DNA from: Eledone cirrhosa
Taxonomy: Eukaryota
NCBI GenBank assembly: GCA_964016885.1
Contig: OZ024742.1
Span: forward strand, 250,914,001-250,978,000
Length of the DNA: 64,000 nucleotides
Reading direction: 5' to 3'
The translations under genes were made by a program, and so were the position numbers. Positions within the stretch are counted from its first letter, which is position 1, and each line of letters opens with the position of its first letter. The notes beneath the pieces were generated by a model that was not told the origin of the DNA, ran no database searches, and saw only the letters and a list, made by a program, of their open reading frames with translations. Below, piece after piece: positions 1 through 13,099 of this stretch.

Positions 1-439
1 TATGTTTAGTTCCTGCCAAGCTACTACCCAGGAACATTTCTATACAGTATTAGTACCAATTGTCTTTACAGCACGAGTAATGGGTTGCACAAAAAACGTA
101 TTTGATCAGAAGGAGTCACAAATGGAAACATTTTTAGAAGTCCTAATTTAGCCCTAGGTCTAGTCTTAGCTACTGCATTTTTTTTCTATTACATTTACTG
201 TATATAATGTACATTGTGTAAAATTTCACTCCCAAACCATATATATATATATAAACAAAGACTGTATAATTCCTATCCCTTTTCTTTCACCGATAACTGA
301 ACAATGCTATATGAAACTCATCATCAGGAGTGAAATAACAGGGAGCTATACTGAATATTGTTAAAAGGGCATTAGACACTGGGGAGCATGAAGAAGATTT
401 TATTACAAGCAAGATAAGTACAATAACTAAAAAGACACG

Positions 440-1720
440 AACAACAAAGTGTGAAGTATGTAGTACTTGAACATCTCATATGTCAAACATTGTGCATTGA
501 TGTGTTCAAAATAAGATTACAGACACATTAAGTGATGGTGTTGATGGACTCCAGTATGTTTTCATGCCCAACCACAGGATGACTGAAGTAGTGACAGCTT
601 TAAAGTTGGTAATAACAAATCAGATAACTAGAAAGCTGAACACTTACATTGCACCATTGACTTCCAAATGGCTTTTGATGCAATAGATCACCCAAAGCTT
701 TTCTCAGCACTTCAAGAATGGGGAGTGAATGAGAAATGTCTACAAATTATCTCTATCTTATATAAAAAAGACAGAAGGGAGATACGAGAAGGTTCAAGAA
801 TCTGCCAATTATTGTATCTAAAAGGCTTATGCAGGGACATGTACTGTCACTGACATTATGCAGATTGCTTATTATTTATGCAGATGTAACCTTTGAAATG
901 TTAGACAGTAATTACAGCAACCGGATATGAGATATGACCAATAATCATATCATGTATGCAAATGATATTGCGGAGATGACACAGATCGCATATGAATTTA
1001 AGATAATAATGAGTTTCTCTAAAACAAAATGCATAGTTATAGATAAAATGGTGGTACTATGATGTCATTGATCACTGAAGGAGAAGCAATAGAATGTGTT
1101 CAGAAATTTAAATATCTTGGAGTTATGATACATGATGACGGTTGTGAAACTGGGGAAATCTGATGCCAATTGAGTATAGTGAAGCAAACATTCATGCAAA
1201 ATGCTCACCTTATGCTGAATAACCTCAATATTTTTACAAAGATTAGGGTACTTAAAGCTTATGTGTGATCTGCACCTGAGCACTGTACACAATCATTTCA
1301 CTATTATTTAATATGGTTGCAAGGTATGGTTCATGACTAGGGCTATCATGAAAAAGGTAGGTTTTGATATGTGTGGCGACCACCAGATATTGAAAATTCT
1401 TTTGGACTGAGAAAATGAATAACTGTAAACTACTGGACAAAATACAACTAGATAGTCTGATACTATCAGAAGTCATTGGAAGTTGATAATTGCAGTATAT
1501 GACATGTATTAAATGGTTCTTCTGGGATGGATTTGAAGCAATTTGTCCCCACTGAAGTGATTAAGAAGATGAGAAGAAGACTGGACCAGGCTGCAAATGA
1601 ATCATTTGGTTTGATTATGCAAAAATGGTCAGCAGTAATTTGTTCAAAAGGAAGATAGTTAAGGATAGAAAAGGATGGAGTGGAATTGTTCAACACATAT
1701 TTGTTAACCATCAAACACGA
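440..1720 (+). pseudogene. Heavily decayed non-LTR (RTE-like) RT relic
   Basis: Broken frames give KMAFDAIDHPKLFSALQEWGV (DxxKAFD-like), IMYANDI (YADD-like), FKYLG and a YVW...YGC-like C-terminal motif; many stops and frameshifts. Confidence 0.65.
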
Positions 1721-1754
1721 TGAGGTATGGTGCAATGCAATGGGTATACAAGAG

Positions 1755-1862
1755 AAATGTGAAATAAAGTGTCTTGCTCAAGACTATAATGTGCTACCAG
1801 GTACAGAACTCATGACTTTGCAATCAGGAGCCAAACACACTAACCATTAAGCCATATGCCTT
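1755..1862 (-). mobile_element. Decayed tRNA-derived SINE 5' part
   Basis: Reverse strand reads GGCATATGGCTTAATGGTTAG...CTTGAGCAAGACACTTTATTTCACAT, homologous to the SINE head at 13100. Confidence 0.65.
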
Positions 1863-1937
1863 CAGTCCATAAACACACATGGATTTGTTCTTATCTATTT
1901 TCTCTCACCCTCTCTCTCTCTCTATCTATCTATCTAT

Positions 1938-2473
1938 CAATCCACCGAGTCCATTGTCATAATCAAACCGCCACCCTCCTTCAAAAATGAAGGAGAGGCG
2001 GTTTTCCTTTGTGTGATAGCTATGGCGAAAGAGGTTGTATGGTGGACGAGGTTAAAAGGGCTGAGGTCAGACACCTTTCTCTCTGGCCAGCAACTGATTC
2101 TTTTTTTCAAATACCACTTTGGAAGAAGAATCAGGATGGAGAAAGAGGTGCTGTACCCCAGCAAGTTTTATGAAAGGTGGGTGAAAGTGGCGAGAATGGC
2201 CTGAGTGAATGGGCTTTCTCTCTATATCAGCCTGTAGGTTGAGGAAAAGGAGGAAGAGAGGAAAGGGGTACAAACTCTTCGTACTCCTGGGGATGAGGGT
2301 TGCACATTTTTTTCAGGGGTATGTGTTACCCATATGAAATGTCTCCCCCTATTGGGGAAAATCGATTAACTTTTAAATTACATTTGTGATAATATTTTAC
2401 ACGTTTTTATTGTATGTAAACTTCCCCCTTTGTATTTGTCCCCTCATTTTGTGCCCCTGTGGCTAATAAAGAA
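1938..2473 (+). mobile_element. Tx1/L1-like LINE 3' fragment
   Basis: Encodes MAKEVVWWTRLKGLRSDTFLSGQQLILFFKYHF, homologous to 4633-4947; ends CTAATAAAGAAA; (ATCT)n on both sides. Confidence 0.75.
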
Positions 2474-3269
2474 ACATATCTATCAATCTATCTATCTCTC
2501 ATGTAAGACAAATAAGACCAAAATAACAAACATCTTGTTCTTGTTGAGTGTAAACTAATACAGGGTTTTGTATTGCTATATTGCTGTAGTTGTAGTCGTT
2601 ATTGTTGGAACATCCAATCATTAGTAAAAGATAGTAAATAATATATAATAATTACATGAATTTGTTTATAAGTACATCCAGAAATCTCCATTGTGTTTTC
2701 AGTGGTGATGATCATGGAGGTGGGATTAATGTTTTAATCCACGCTTATTGATTCCTTACAGAGACATCTGGTGGTAGATCTGCAAAAGATATGGTATAAG
2801 ATTTGGTTATTTTAGATTCAATACTCTTGTTGTTGGGAGGCTAAGCAACTATATTCAATTTTATAACCCTTGCCCCAATACCCTAATAGTGTAGTTTATT
2901 TTATTTTCTTGTTGTTTTGTCTCATATCAGCCCTGATTCAACAGCCTTATAATCAAAGACATTCTAGTCGTGAACATCCCATTTTTGATATATCTAGTAC
3001 TACACAGTCCAATATATCTCATTTGTCCGACCCGAGCAAGTGTGGAAAAGCAGATGTAAAAATGAAATGATGATGATTCTTTTAAGATGATATGAAGTAA
3101 ATTAAGAAAGATTTGGCTATTATATCTAGCAGTCAAGCAATTGTATACAGGCTCCCTTGTAGGCTTGAGTTATTTCTAACTGCACAGCTTCATTTAAAAT
3201 TTAATCAATTTAAATCATATGCAATTATTTATATAGTTATCATCTTCAAAACATCACATATCCATACCA

Positions 3270-3740
3270 TCACAGTCTTCTCTCTTGCACACTACAGCCG
3301 ATTCCTCTTATGCCAAGTTTTTCTCTCGTTTCATTTATGTAATGTTGTTCATGCACACTAACATTACACATCCACCGGAGCATACTCACTTCATTTCTTT
3401 TTAGTCTCTGCAGGTCTTCTGCAATTAAAACCCATGTTTTGCTGCCATGTGGCATTGTTATTCACACACAAGCATACTTCCCCTGTGCATCTGCCACACA
3501 CAAAGACTATCATCTCTGTTAACCTGCCTGTAATCCCATTACATCCCTTGTGCATCCATAGATTACAATGTATGCACCTAATGGAATTTCTGCCCATTCC
3601 TTTTTGACTTATCAAATAGTGCCACTTCGCTGATGGTATCAGCCTCCTTACTTCTTTCCTACTTATTAAGGCTTTCATCTTTGCTAAGTTTACTTTTAGT
3701 CCTTACAACACTGTTTTTTTCCATGCTTGAAATTTTACCA
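3270..3740 (-). pseudogene. Decayed RTE ORF2 fragment (PHD-like finger and C-terminus)
   Basis: GMGRNSIRCIHCNLWMHKGCNGITG...CGRC and HGSKTW...LKRNEVSMLRWMC match the other RTE copies. Confidence 0.8.
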
Positions 3741-4030
3741 ATTAGAGCATAGTCACTTTATTTCTTTTTCACGTATGTTCTTAGTGTATACTTCCCTTGT
3801 GCATTTGCAACATATAATGCCTATCTTCTTTGTTTAACTGTAACGTCAGTTATTTACTAACACAATCATCTAAAAATGATTATTTACAACTCCCCACTCT
3901 CTCTATATTCCCCTTACTCTCTTTCCTACTCTACCTCTTTCTCCCTCTCTCCCTTCTTTCTTTGCCCTTTCTCTCTTCCCCTCATCTTCCAACCGTCCAT
4001 CCATCCATCTATCTATCTATCTATCTATCT

Positions 4031-5175
4031 GTCAGCACCCTTTCAACGGAGGGCTGGGAATGCCGTGGCTGATGATGCGCAAACATGCGTTGAGGCTGCG
4101 GCATCTCCAGGTATTCCTCACCGACCCCCAACCGGTGTGGGCACCATTTGTGAGACAGGCTTTCCCACAGCTCGTCTCGCTGACGGAGCTACAGTCCTGG
4201 GTCAAGAAAAAACCGAAAACGATGGGCACCTGGCACATTGAATGCGCTCAGGCGCTCACAGTCCTCTGGCAAACGGGCGCAGCAATCAGTGGAGACTTCA
4301 CTTCGACAATCTATTGAGGGATTGTACGTTACAAGGGCGACGACGTGCTCGGAGAGACTCTGGGCGTCAAAGACGATGAGCTCACCAGTCTGTTTGGTAG
4401 GACTTTCCGCCCGGGACCTATGGACAACTTCCAGAGGTCTCTGGCCTGGCAGTGCTACTGAGGAGCTCTACCGGTTCATGACAAGATCTACAGGCATGGA
4501 CGCCCCGGCAGGGATCCTTCCAAGAGGACGTGTCCAAGATGCGCACAGGACATTGAAACAGTCCTGCACGCAATTGTACACTGCCCAGGCGTAACCGACC
4601 TGTGGAACTATGCAGAACAACTGCTGTCGCGTATGGGACAAATACAGTTGACTGCCGAGTCCATAGTAAGGATCAAACCGCCAGCCTCTTTCAAAAACGA
4701 AAGAGAGGCGGTTTTCCTCTGTACGGTGGCTATGGTGAAAGAAGTTACATGGTGGACGAGGTTGAGAGGACTGAGGACAGATGCCTTTCTCTCCGGACAA
4801 CAATTGATTCCCTTCTTTAAGTATCACTTTAGAAGGAGAATCAGGGTGGAGAGAGAAGCACTGCACCCCAGTAAATTTACTGAAAGGTGGGTGAATGAAG
4901 CGAAAATGGCCCGAGTGATTGGGCCTTCTCTGTTTATAAGCCTGTAGGTTGAAGAAGAGAGCAAACAGAAGAAAGGAGCACTTGCACAACACGCTACTGG
5001 AGTTGAGGGTTGTTCTATCGACGGGGTATTAAACAACCCATTTGTGGCGCCTCCCCCCTATTGGGGATTTCGATTGTTGTAATTGTTTTTATATTTTTTA
5101 CACGATTGTATGTAAAATCCCCGGCATTTCTTTGTATTGTCCCCTTTCTTGTGCGCCCTTGTGGCTAATAAAGAA
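4031..5175 (+). mobile_element. Tx1/L1-like LINE 3' fragment (ORF2 C-terminus and 3' UTR)
   Basis: RHALRLRHLQ...PVWAPF; a degenerate Cys/His region near 4520-4590; MVKEVTWWTR; ends CTAATAAAGAAA; (ATCT)n on both sides. Confidence 0.75.
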
Positions 5176-5586
5176 ATATATCTATCTATCTATCTGTCTA
5201 CAGCAGGCAGATCAATCGAAAGACTTATGGAAAGATCAATGGAAACATGCTTTGTTGAGTTGATCACTAGATCAGCTCCTTTCCTTTTTTTCTTATTATT
5301 GAGGTCAAATACAATCCAAATATATGCAGAGTTGTCTGCCTTGAGAAAATCTCGAGATAATTTTTTTAAACATATTTTTTAATGGTGATATATCAGTCTA
5401 AAGGAGGTGAATGAGTGAGAAGAAAGATAAGCAAGGATTGTGTCTATATCTAAATTATTTCTGTTGTGTACAGTTGACTGCTATTGTTACAATGACCGAG
5501 ATAAAACAACACAGTGAAAATAGAACACAAACGACAACAACTAGTGCTAGTGCTGCTGCTGCTACTACTACTACTACTATATTAAT

Positions 5587-5780
5587 GGTAAAAACCTCCC
5601 AGCCCCACACTGTAAATGTGGTTGGTGTTAGGAAGGGCATCCAACTGTAGAAAACCTGCCAGACAGTCCTATGCGAGCAAGACAATCACTCTTGCCTCAA
5701 GTGGGACTACCCCCGTCCAAACCCATGCAAGCGTGGAACACGGACGTTAAACGTTGATGATGATGATGATGATGATGATG
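5587..5780 (+). mobile_element. RTE family A 3' UTR fragment with (GAT)n tail
   Basis: Near-identical to 8012-8207. Confidence 0.9.
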
Positions 5781-5807
5781 TATATATATATATATATATA
5801 TACATAC

Positions 5808-5852
<45 letters not shown>

Positions 5853-6107
5853 CATATGTATATATATATATATATATATACATACATACATACATATGTA
5901 TATTTAGATATATACATACATATATATATATATATACATACATATATATATATATACATACATATATATATATATACATACATATATATATATATATATA
6001 CATACATATATATATATATATACATACATATATATATATATATACATACATATATATATACATACATACATACATATATATATACATACATACATACATA
6101 CATATAT

Positions 6108-6157
<50 letters not shown>

Positions 6158-6570
6158 ATACATACATATATATATATATACATACATATATATATATACA
6201 TACATACATACATATATATATATACATACATACATATATATATATACATACATACATATATATATATACATACATATATATATATACATACATACATATA
6301 TATATATATATACATACATATATATATATATACATACATATATATATATACATACATACATATATATATATATATACATACATATATATATATATACATA
6401 CATATATATATATATACATACATATATATATATATACATACATATATATATATATACATACATATATATATACATACATATATATATACATACATACATA
6501 CATATATATATACATACATACATACATATATATATACATACATACATATATATATACATACATATATATA

Positions 6571-6623
<53 letters not shown>

Positions 6624-6668
6624 ATACATACATATATATATATATATACATACATACATATATATATG

Positions 6669-6700
<32 letters not shown>

Positions 6701-6749
6701 CATACATATATATATATATACATACATACATATATATATACATACATAC

Positions 6750-6782
<33 letters not shown>

Positions 6783-6817
6783 CATACATACATACATACA
6801 TATATATACATACATAC

Positions 6818-6851
<34 letters not shown>

Positions 6852-7080
6852 ATATACATACATATATATATATATATACATACATATATATATATACATA
6901 CATATATATATATATATACATACATACATATATATATATATATACATACATACATATATATATATACATACATATATATATATACATACATATATATATA
7001 TATATACATACATATATATATATATATACATACATATATATATATATATACATACATATATATATATATATATACATACA

Positions 7081-7114
<34 letters not shown>

Positions 7115-7231
7115 CATACATATATATATATGTACATACATATATATATACATACATACATACATATATATATACATACATACATACATATATATATACA
7201 TACATACATACATATATATATACATACATAC

Positions 7232-7265
<34 letters not shown>

Positions 7266-7332
7266 ATACATACATATATATATATATATACATACATACA
7301 TATATATATATACATACATACATATATATATG

Positions 7333-7364
<32 letters not shown>

Positions 7365-7556
7365 CATACATATATATATATATACAAACATATATATATA
7401 TATACATACATACATATATATATATATACATACATACATATATATATATACATACATATATATATATATACATACATATATATATATACATACATACATA
7501 CATATATATATATACATACATACATATATATATATACATACATACATACATATATA

Positions 7557-7590
<34 letters not shown>

Positions 7591-7606
7591 CATACATATA
7601 TATATA
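5781..7606. repeat. About 1.8 kb imperfect (TA)n/(TACA)n array
   Basis: Direct reading. Confidence 0.98.
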
Positions 7607-8207
7607 TGATGCGCATGAAGGACGATAGCTGTATAACAAAGTGCAGGGCAAAAGAGATAGACGGTAGTCACGGAATAGGCAGACCTAGAAAATCCTGGGA
7701 CGAGCTGATAAACTCCGACCTCACCCACTTACACCTCTCCAAGACAATGTCACTGGACCGAGACCTTTGGCGGTACTCAGTAATAGAGAAGACCCGCCTT
7801 ACCTAAATACATAGTAAAACCTACTACAGCCAGTAGGCATCTCTAACAAAATACACCCCCGTCCCACCACCCACACCCCCATCCACACCACCCCCTCCTA
7901 TGTAAAGTCATGTTGGTGCCACAACATCCAGGCCGAAACAAATGAGATCGTGTAGGTGTCACGACAAAAAAACACACAGTTCACGCTGTAATGTGGCCGT
8001 GTAGGCAACACGGTAAAAACCTCCCAGTCCCACACTGTAAATGTGGTTGGTGTTAGGAAGGGCATCCAGCTGTAGAAAACCTGCCAGACAGTCCTATGCG
8101 AGCAAGACAATCACTCTTGCCTCAAGTGGGAATACGCCCGTCCAAACCCATGCAAGCGTGGAACACGGACGTTAAACGTTGATGATGATGATGATGATGA
8201 TGATGAT
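7607..8207 (+). mobile_element. RTE family A, 5'-truncated
   Basis: [30 protein letters not shown]...EKTRLT*, then 3' UTR and (GAT)n tail. Confidence 0.92.
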
Positions 8208-8229
8208 ATACATACATACATATATATTT

Positions 8230-9104
8230 ATATACAATATATTAATAAATGGAAACTATATTTATAAAAAGTGAGTATGCAAATGAGTGTCCGAAAAGTT
8301 GAAAGGATAACGGTTTATTTAAATTAAACTGTTGGATGAAGATGATATGTAAAGGAGAGAGAAAAGGAAGGAGAAAGAGAGAAGAGGAAAGAAAGAACGA
8401 TTATAGATAGTGATAGTGAAGATTGTCAGAGTGAACGAAGAAATAAATTTTAATGGAAAAATATACAGAGCGTAAATATATCTAAGTGAAAGAAGAAATA
8501 AGATTAACGTGGAAGAATAATATTTAGAATGTAGAGTTCATTACGTTGTGATTATAATATTTATAATTATAAGTTGAAAAATTAAATTAAAATTAAAAAT
8601 TAAAAATCAAAATTAAAGATTTAATTTTTAATTTTAATTTAATTTTTCAACTTATCATTATAAATATTATAATCACAATGTAATGAACTCTACATTCTAA
8701 ATATCATCTTCTTCCAACAGTTTAATTTAAATAAAGCGTTATAATTTCAACTTTTCGGACACTCATTTGCATACTCACTCATAACTTTGTATTACCATCA
8801 ATAAAATATTATCTCCACTATCCAGGAAGCTCCAACCGTTAAGGTTGTTTTTTTCCGGGAATGTGTTTTTTCCGGGTATGTCAATATTTATTTATAAAAC
8901 AAATCTGTATTTTATCTGATGAAAGCGCACCATAATTTGCCTTCGTTGCCCTTGAAATATATATAATAAAATAAATATGGTTTTATAAATATAGTTTCCA
9001 TTTATTAATATATTGTGTATTTACTCCACTAAACTGTTGAGTGCTTTATATCAGTTATAAACATTTTTAAGCTTGTTGAATCCCAACAAATTAAATATAA
9101 CCTC

Positions 9105-9108
<4 letters not shown>
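8230..9108 (+). mobile_element. Penelope-like pLTR fold-back element with hammerhead
   Basis: Nested inverted arms 8231-8269/8981-9019, 8270-8349/8701-8779 and 8521-8603/8620-8703; hammerhead at 8908; flanked by TA. Confidence 0.7.
8908..8973 (+). ncRNA. Type I hammerhead ribozyme
   Basis: TATTTTAT-CTGATGA-AAG..CTT-GAAA-TATAT-ATA-ATAAAATA: 8-bp stem I, intact core, self-complementary ATATATAT stem III. Confidence 0.8.
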
Positions 9109-9152
<44 letters not shown>

Positions 9153-9153
<1 letters not shown>

Positions 9154-12080
9154 GGCGACCTAAATGGTCACGTTGGACACAACACTGTGACGGCTATGAC
9201 GGAATCGATGGAGTCTATGGGTTTGGTACTAGAAATGAGGAAGGCTCCAGAATCTTTGAATTCTGTGACGCAAATAATCTAACTATCTGTAACACAAACT
9301 TCAAAAAACGAGACGATCACTTGATCACCTATAGATCAGGGGAACATGCCAGTCAGATAGATTATATCCTTACCAGAAGACGAGACAGAGTGTCTGTTGT
9401 AAACACTAAATCCCTCCCCCGTGAAGAATGCACCTCCCAACATAACCTCATAGTTAGCGACCTCATAGTCAGGATGAGACGTATTCGACAACAGAGGAGG
9501 ACTATCCTTAGGAGAAAAATATGGAAGTTATAGGATCCCACAGCCAGTAATAAATTTAAACGCATATTACTTGATGCTTTTGACAGTAAGGAAGAGCAAT
9601 TAGAGTCGTACAATATAGAGGAACAGTGGGATTTCCTGAGAGCTAACCTGCTGAAGTCGACAGATGAAATCTGTGGCTGGAGCAGACCTATAGGCAGGAG
9701 GAGAGTAACTTGGTGGTGGAACAGTAAGGTGGAGGAGTCGATCAAGGCCAAAAAGCAGGCTTGGAAAGTATGGCGGGATGGGGGAAGTAGAGAAGACTAT
9801 CAAGTGGCCAGGAGGGAAGCTAGGAGACAAGTGTACTTCGCAAGAAGGGAAGCAGAGGAAAGAAAGTTCAAGCATGTTCTACAACGCAAGGACTGAAAAC
9901 GTGAGGTGTTCAGGATTGCTAGACAATGTGACAAGGAGAACCGTGATATTGTCGGGGAGTAGTGTGTACTTAATGATGATGGTGTACTTGCCATCACTGA
10001 CGCTGATAAGAAGGTAGCTTGGAAGTGTCACTACGAAAGGCTACTAAATGAGGAGAATAAATGGGTGAAAGACAGTCTCCCCCACATCGATCCAACAGAG
10101 GGACCAGCAGTGCAAGTTGAAGGTAGTATAATAAGTAAGACAATCAAAGATATGAAGACGGGCAAGGCAGCTGGGCCTTCGGAAATAGTTGCTGAAATGC
10201 TGAAAGCATCTGGAACGGTGGGACACACTATGGTCACCCGGATAGTAAACCAAGTTATACAGAATGGGGTCGTACTAAAGGACTGGCATAGCAGCATCAT
10301 CATTAACTGCTACAAGGGTAAAGGAGATCCCCTAGATAGGGAAAACTATATAGGCATTAAATTAATTGACCAGGTCATGAAGGTCACAGAAAAAGTAATA
10401 GCACAACTAATCAGAGAGCGAATTGATCTAGATGAAATGCAGTTCGGGTTTGTGTCAGGTAAAAGTACCACAGACGCTCTTTTCATTGTACAACAACTAC
10501 AGGAGAAGTACCTAGATAAAAGTAAACCCCTATACTTAGCTTTTGTAGACTTGGAGAAAGCCTTTGATAGAGTCCCCCGCTCCATTATCTGGTGGGCTCT
10601 TAGAAAACTAGGTGTAGATGAATGGCTTGTGAGAGCTATACAAGCCATGTATAAAGAAACAGTAAGCAAGGTTAGAATTAACAACAAATATAGTGAAGAG
10701 TTTAGCGTAAAATTTGGTGTTCATCAGGGCTCAGTCCTTAGCCCCCTCCTATTTATTATCACCCTCCAAGCTATAACGGAGGAGTTCAAGACTGGCTGCC
10801 CATGGGAACTTCTATATGCAGATGATCTCACGTTCATAGCCGAATCAATGGCTGAACTAGAGAAGAAATTCCAAACATGGAAGCATGGCCTAGAATCAAA
10901 AGGCCTTAAAGTTAACTTGTCTAAGACTAAAGTCCTAATATGTAGGAAGGAGAATAGGGCACTAGTCCCATCCGAGAAATGGCCATGCTCAGTGTGTAGG
11001 AAAGGGGTAGGCAGAAACTCCATTTTATGTCCCAAATGCAAAGTATGGGTGCATAAAAGATGTAGTGGGATCACAGGTAAGCTAACTAAGAATATAGATT
11101 TTATATGTGGCCGGTGCTCTGGTGCAATAAGTAGCAGCAAATGCCCACAGAATACTAGCTCATTCCATTGCCCAGATAGTTCTATAGAAATAGTGGACAC
11201 CTTCCGTTACCTGGGTGACAAAATCAACAGGGGTGGAGGGTGCTCCAAAAGTACTGTAGTTAGAGTCCGAACGGGATGGAAAAAGTTCAGAGAGCTTATA
11301 TCACTATTGGCCGCTAAAGGTTTCACTCTAAAAAAAAAAGGCAGGCTGTGTGATGCCTGCATACGAACAGCAATGTTACATGGCAGTGAGACCTGGGCAT
11401 TGTGTGCAGAGCATAAATGAACTAAGTGATAAATTAGGAAGAAGAGGGATCAGATGCTGTTTACTTGAGAGAAGACTACGTTGGTATGGTCACATGAAAG
11501 ACGACAGCTGTATAAAAAAGTGCAGGGCAATCAAAATAGATGGTAGCCACGGAGTAGGCAGACCCAGAAAAATCTAGGACGACTTGATAAAATCCGACCT
11601 CACACACTTACACCTCTCCAAGACAATGTCACTGGACCGAGATCTTTGGCGCTACGTAGTAATACAGAAGACCCACCTTGCCGAAACAAAGCGTACAAAG
11701 CGAAACCTACAGTCAGTAGGCACCTCTTAACCAAAATACACCCCCGTCCCACTACCCCTACCGCCATCTACACCACCCCTTTCGATGTAAAGCTATGTTG
11801 GTACCACAACATTCAGTCCTAAATAAATGAGGTCGTGTAGGTGTCACGACAAAAAAAAAAACACACAGTCCACGCTGTAATGTGGCCGTGTAGGTAACAT
11901 GGTAAAAACCTCTCGGTCCACACTGTAAACGTGGTTGGTGTTAGGAAGGGCATCCAGCCGTAGAAAACCCGCCAGACAGTCCTGAGCAAGACAACCAATC
12001 TTGCCTCAAGTGGGACAATTCCCGTCCAGACCCATGCTACCATGGAAGATGGACGTTAAACGATGATGATGATGATGATG
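9153..12080 (+). mobile_element. RTE family A LINE, partial APE + RT + 3' UTR, with stops
   Basis: [51 protein letters not shown]; internal stops and deletions; (GAT)n tail. Confidence 0.95.
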
Positions 12081-12106
12081 ACATTTATATATACATTTAT
12101 ATATAT

Positions 12107-12206
<100 letters not shown>

Positions 12207-12261
12207 TTATATATACATATATATATATACACACACACATATATATATATATATTTATATA

Positions 12262-12605
12262 TGATGGCTGCCCCCTCCTTATCGAGTATGGCCATTGCAC
12301 GTTATACCATTATTAATAATTATTAATTAATTCTATCGTGCAATGCCTGTGCGTGAAGATATTTTTAAAGTGAGGAAAGACTGTGCACTGAGCCAATCCC
12401 ACTCTCTGAGCGACAGTAGCTATAACCCGAAAAGAAGAAAAGATCAACATCATCGGTAACTACTGAGCCGCAGGTTTTATATCGGGGTTATCCCAGTTTC
12501 CTGAGTTGCCTCTCCTAGAATGCCCTGACAAAGGCTAGGAGTCCTTCACTCCCAGTGGTTTAACCGCGCGATCGGGTGTCCAGCCCGACTATTTCTATGT
12601 CCCTG
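12262..12605 (-). mobile_element. Probable non-LTR (RTE-like) 5' UTR fragment with hairpin
   Basis: GC-richer island between microsatellites; CATTGCACG/CGTGCAATG stem; the resemblance to RTE 5' regions is from recall only. Confidence 0.3.
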
Positions 12606-12987
12606 TGCATATACACACACATTTACCCATGTATATACACATATACACATAGTTGTCTGCGACCAAACTGGCAACCCCACCAAGTTTACTTGGTGAGGAG
12701 GGTGATTTTGGACACCCTGCAGGACAAAAAACAAAACCTGACAAAGGGCGGAAGAACTCATAAGGGTCAACGGCCATCCAAAAGTGTGTAAATATGTATA
12801 TACACATGTACATATATATACATACATATATATATACATGCATATATATATACATACATACATATATATATACATGCATATATATATACATACATATATA
12901 TATACATACATACACATATATATACATACATTTATATATACATATATATATATACACACACACACACACATATATATTTATATATAC

Positions 12988-13031
<44 letters not shown>

Positions 13032-13041
13032 TTATATATAC

Positions 13042-13087
<46 letters not shown>

Positions 13088-13099
13088 GTGTGTGTATGT

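Noticed and set aside
2655-2781. Exon-like segment with a ttttgcag acceptor on the minus strand
   Set aside because: Stops in all three frames and no recognisable domain
5707-7728. 600+ aa ORFs rich in Y/I/M/H/T/V/C in all frames (also 25.6-26.4 kb, 48.7-49.3 kb and 53-60 kb)
   Set aside because: Stop-free translations of TA/TACA microsatellites, not genes
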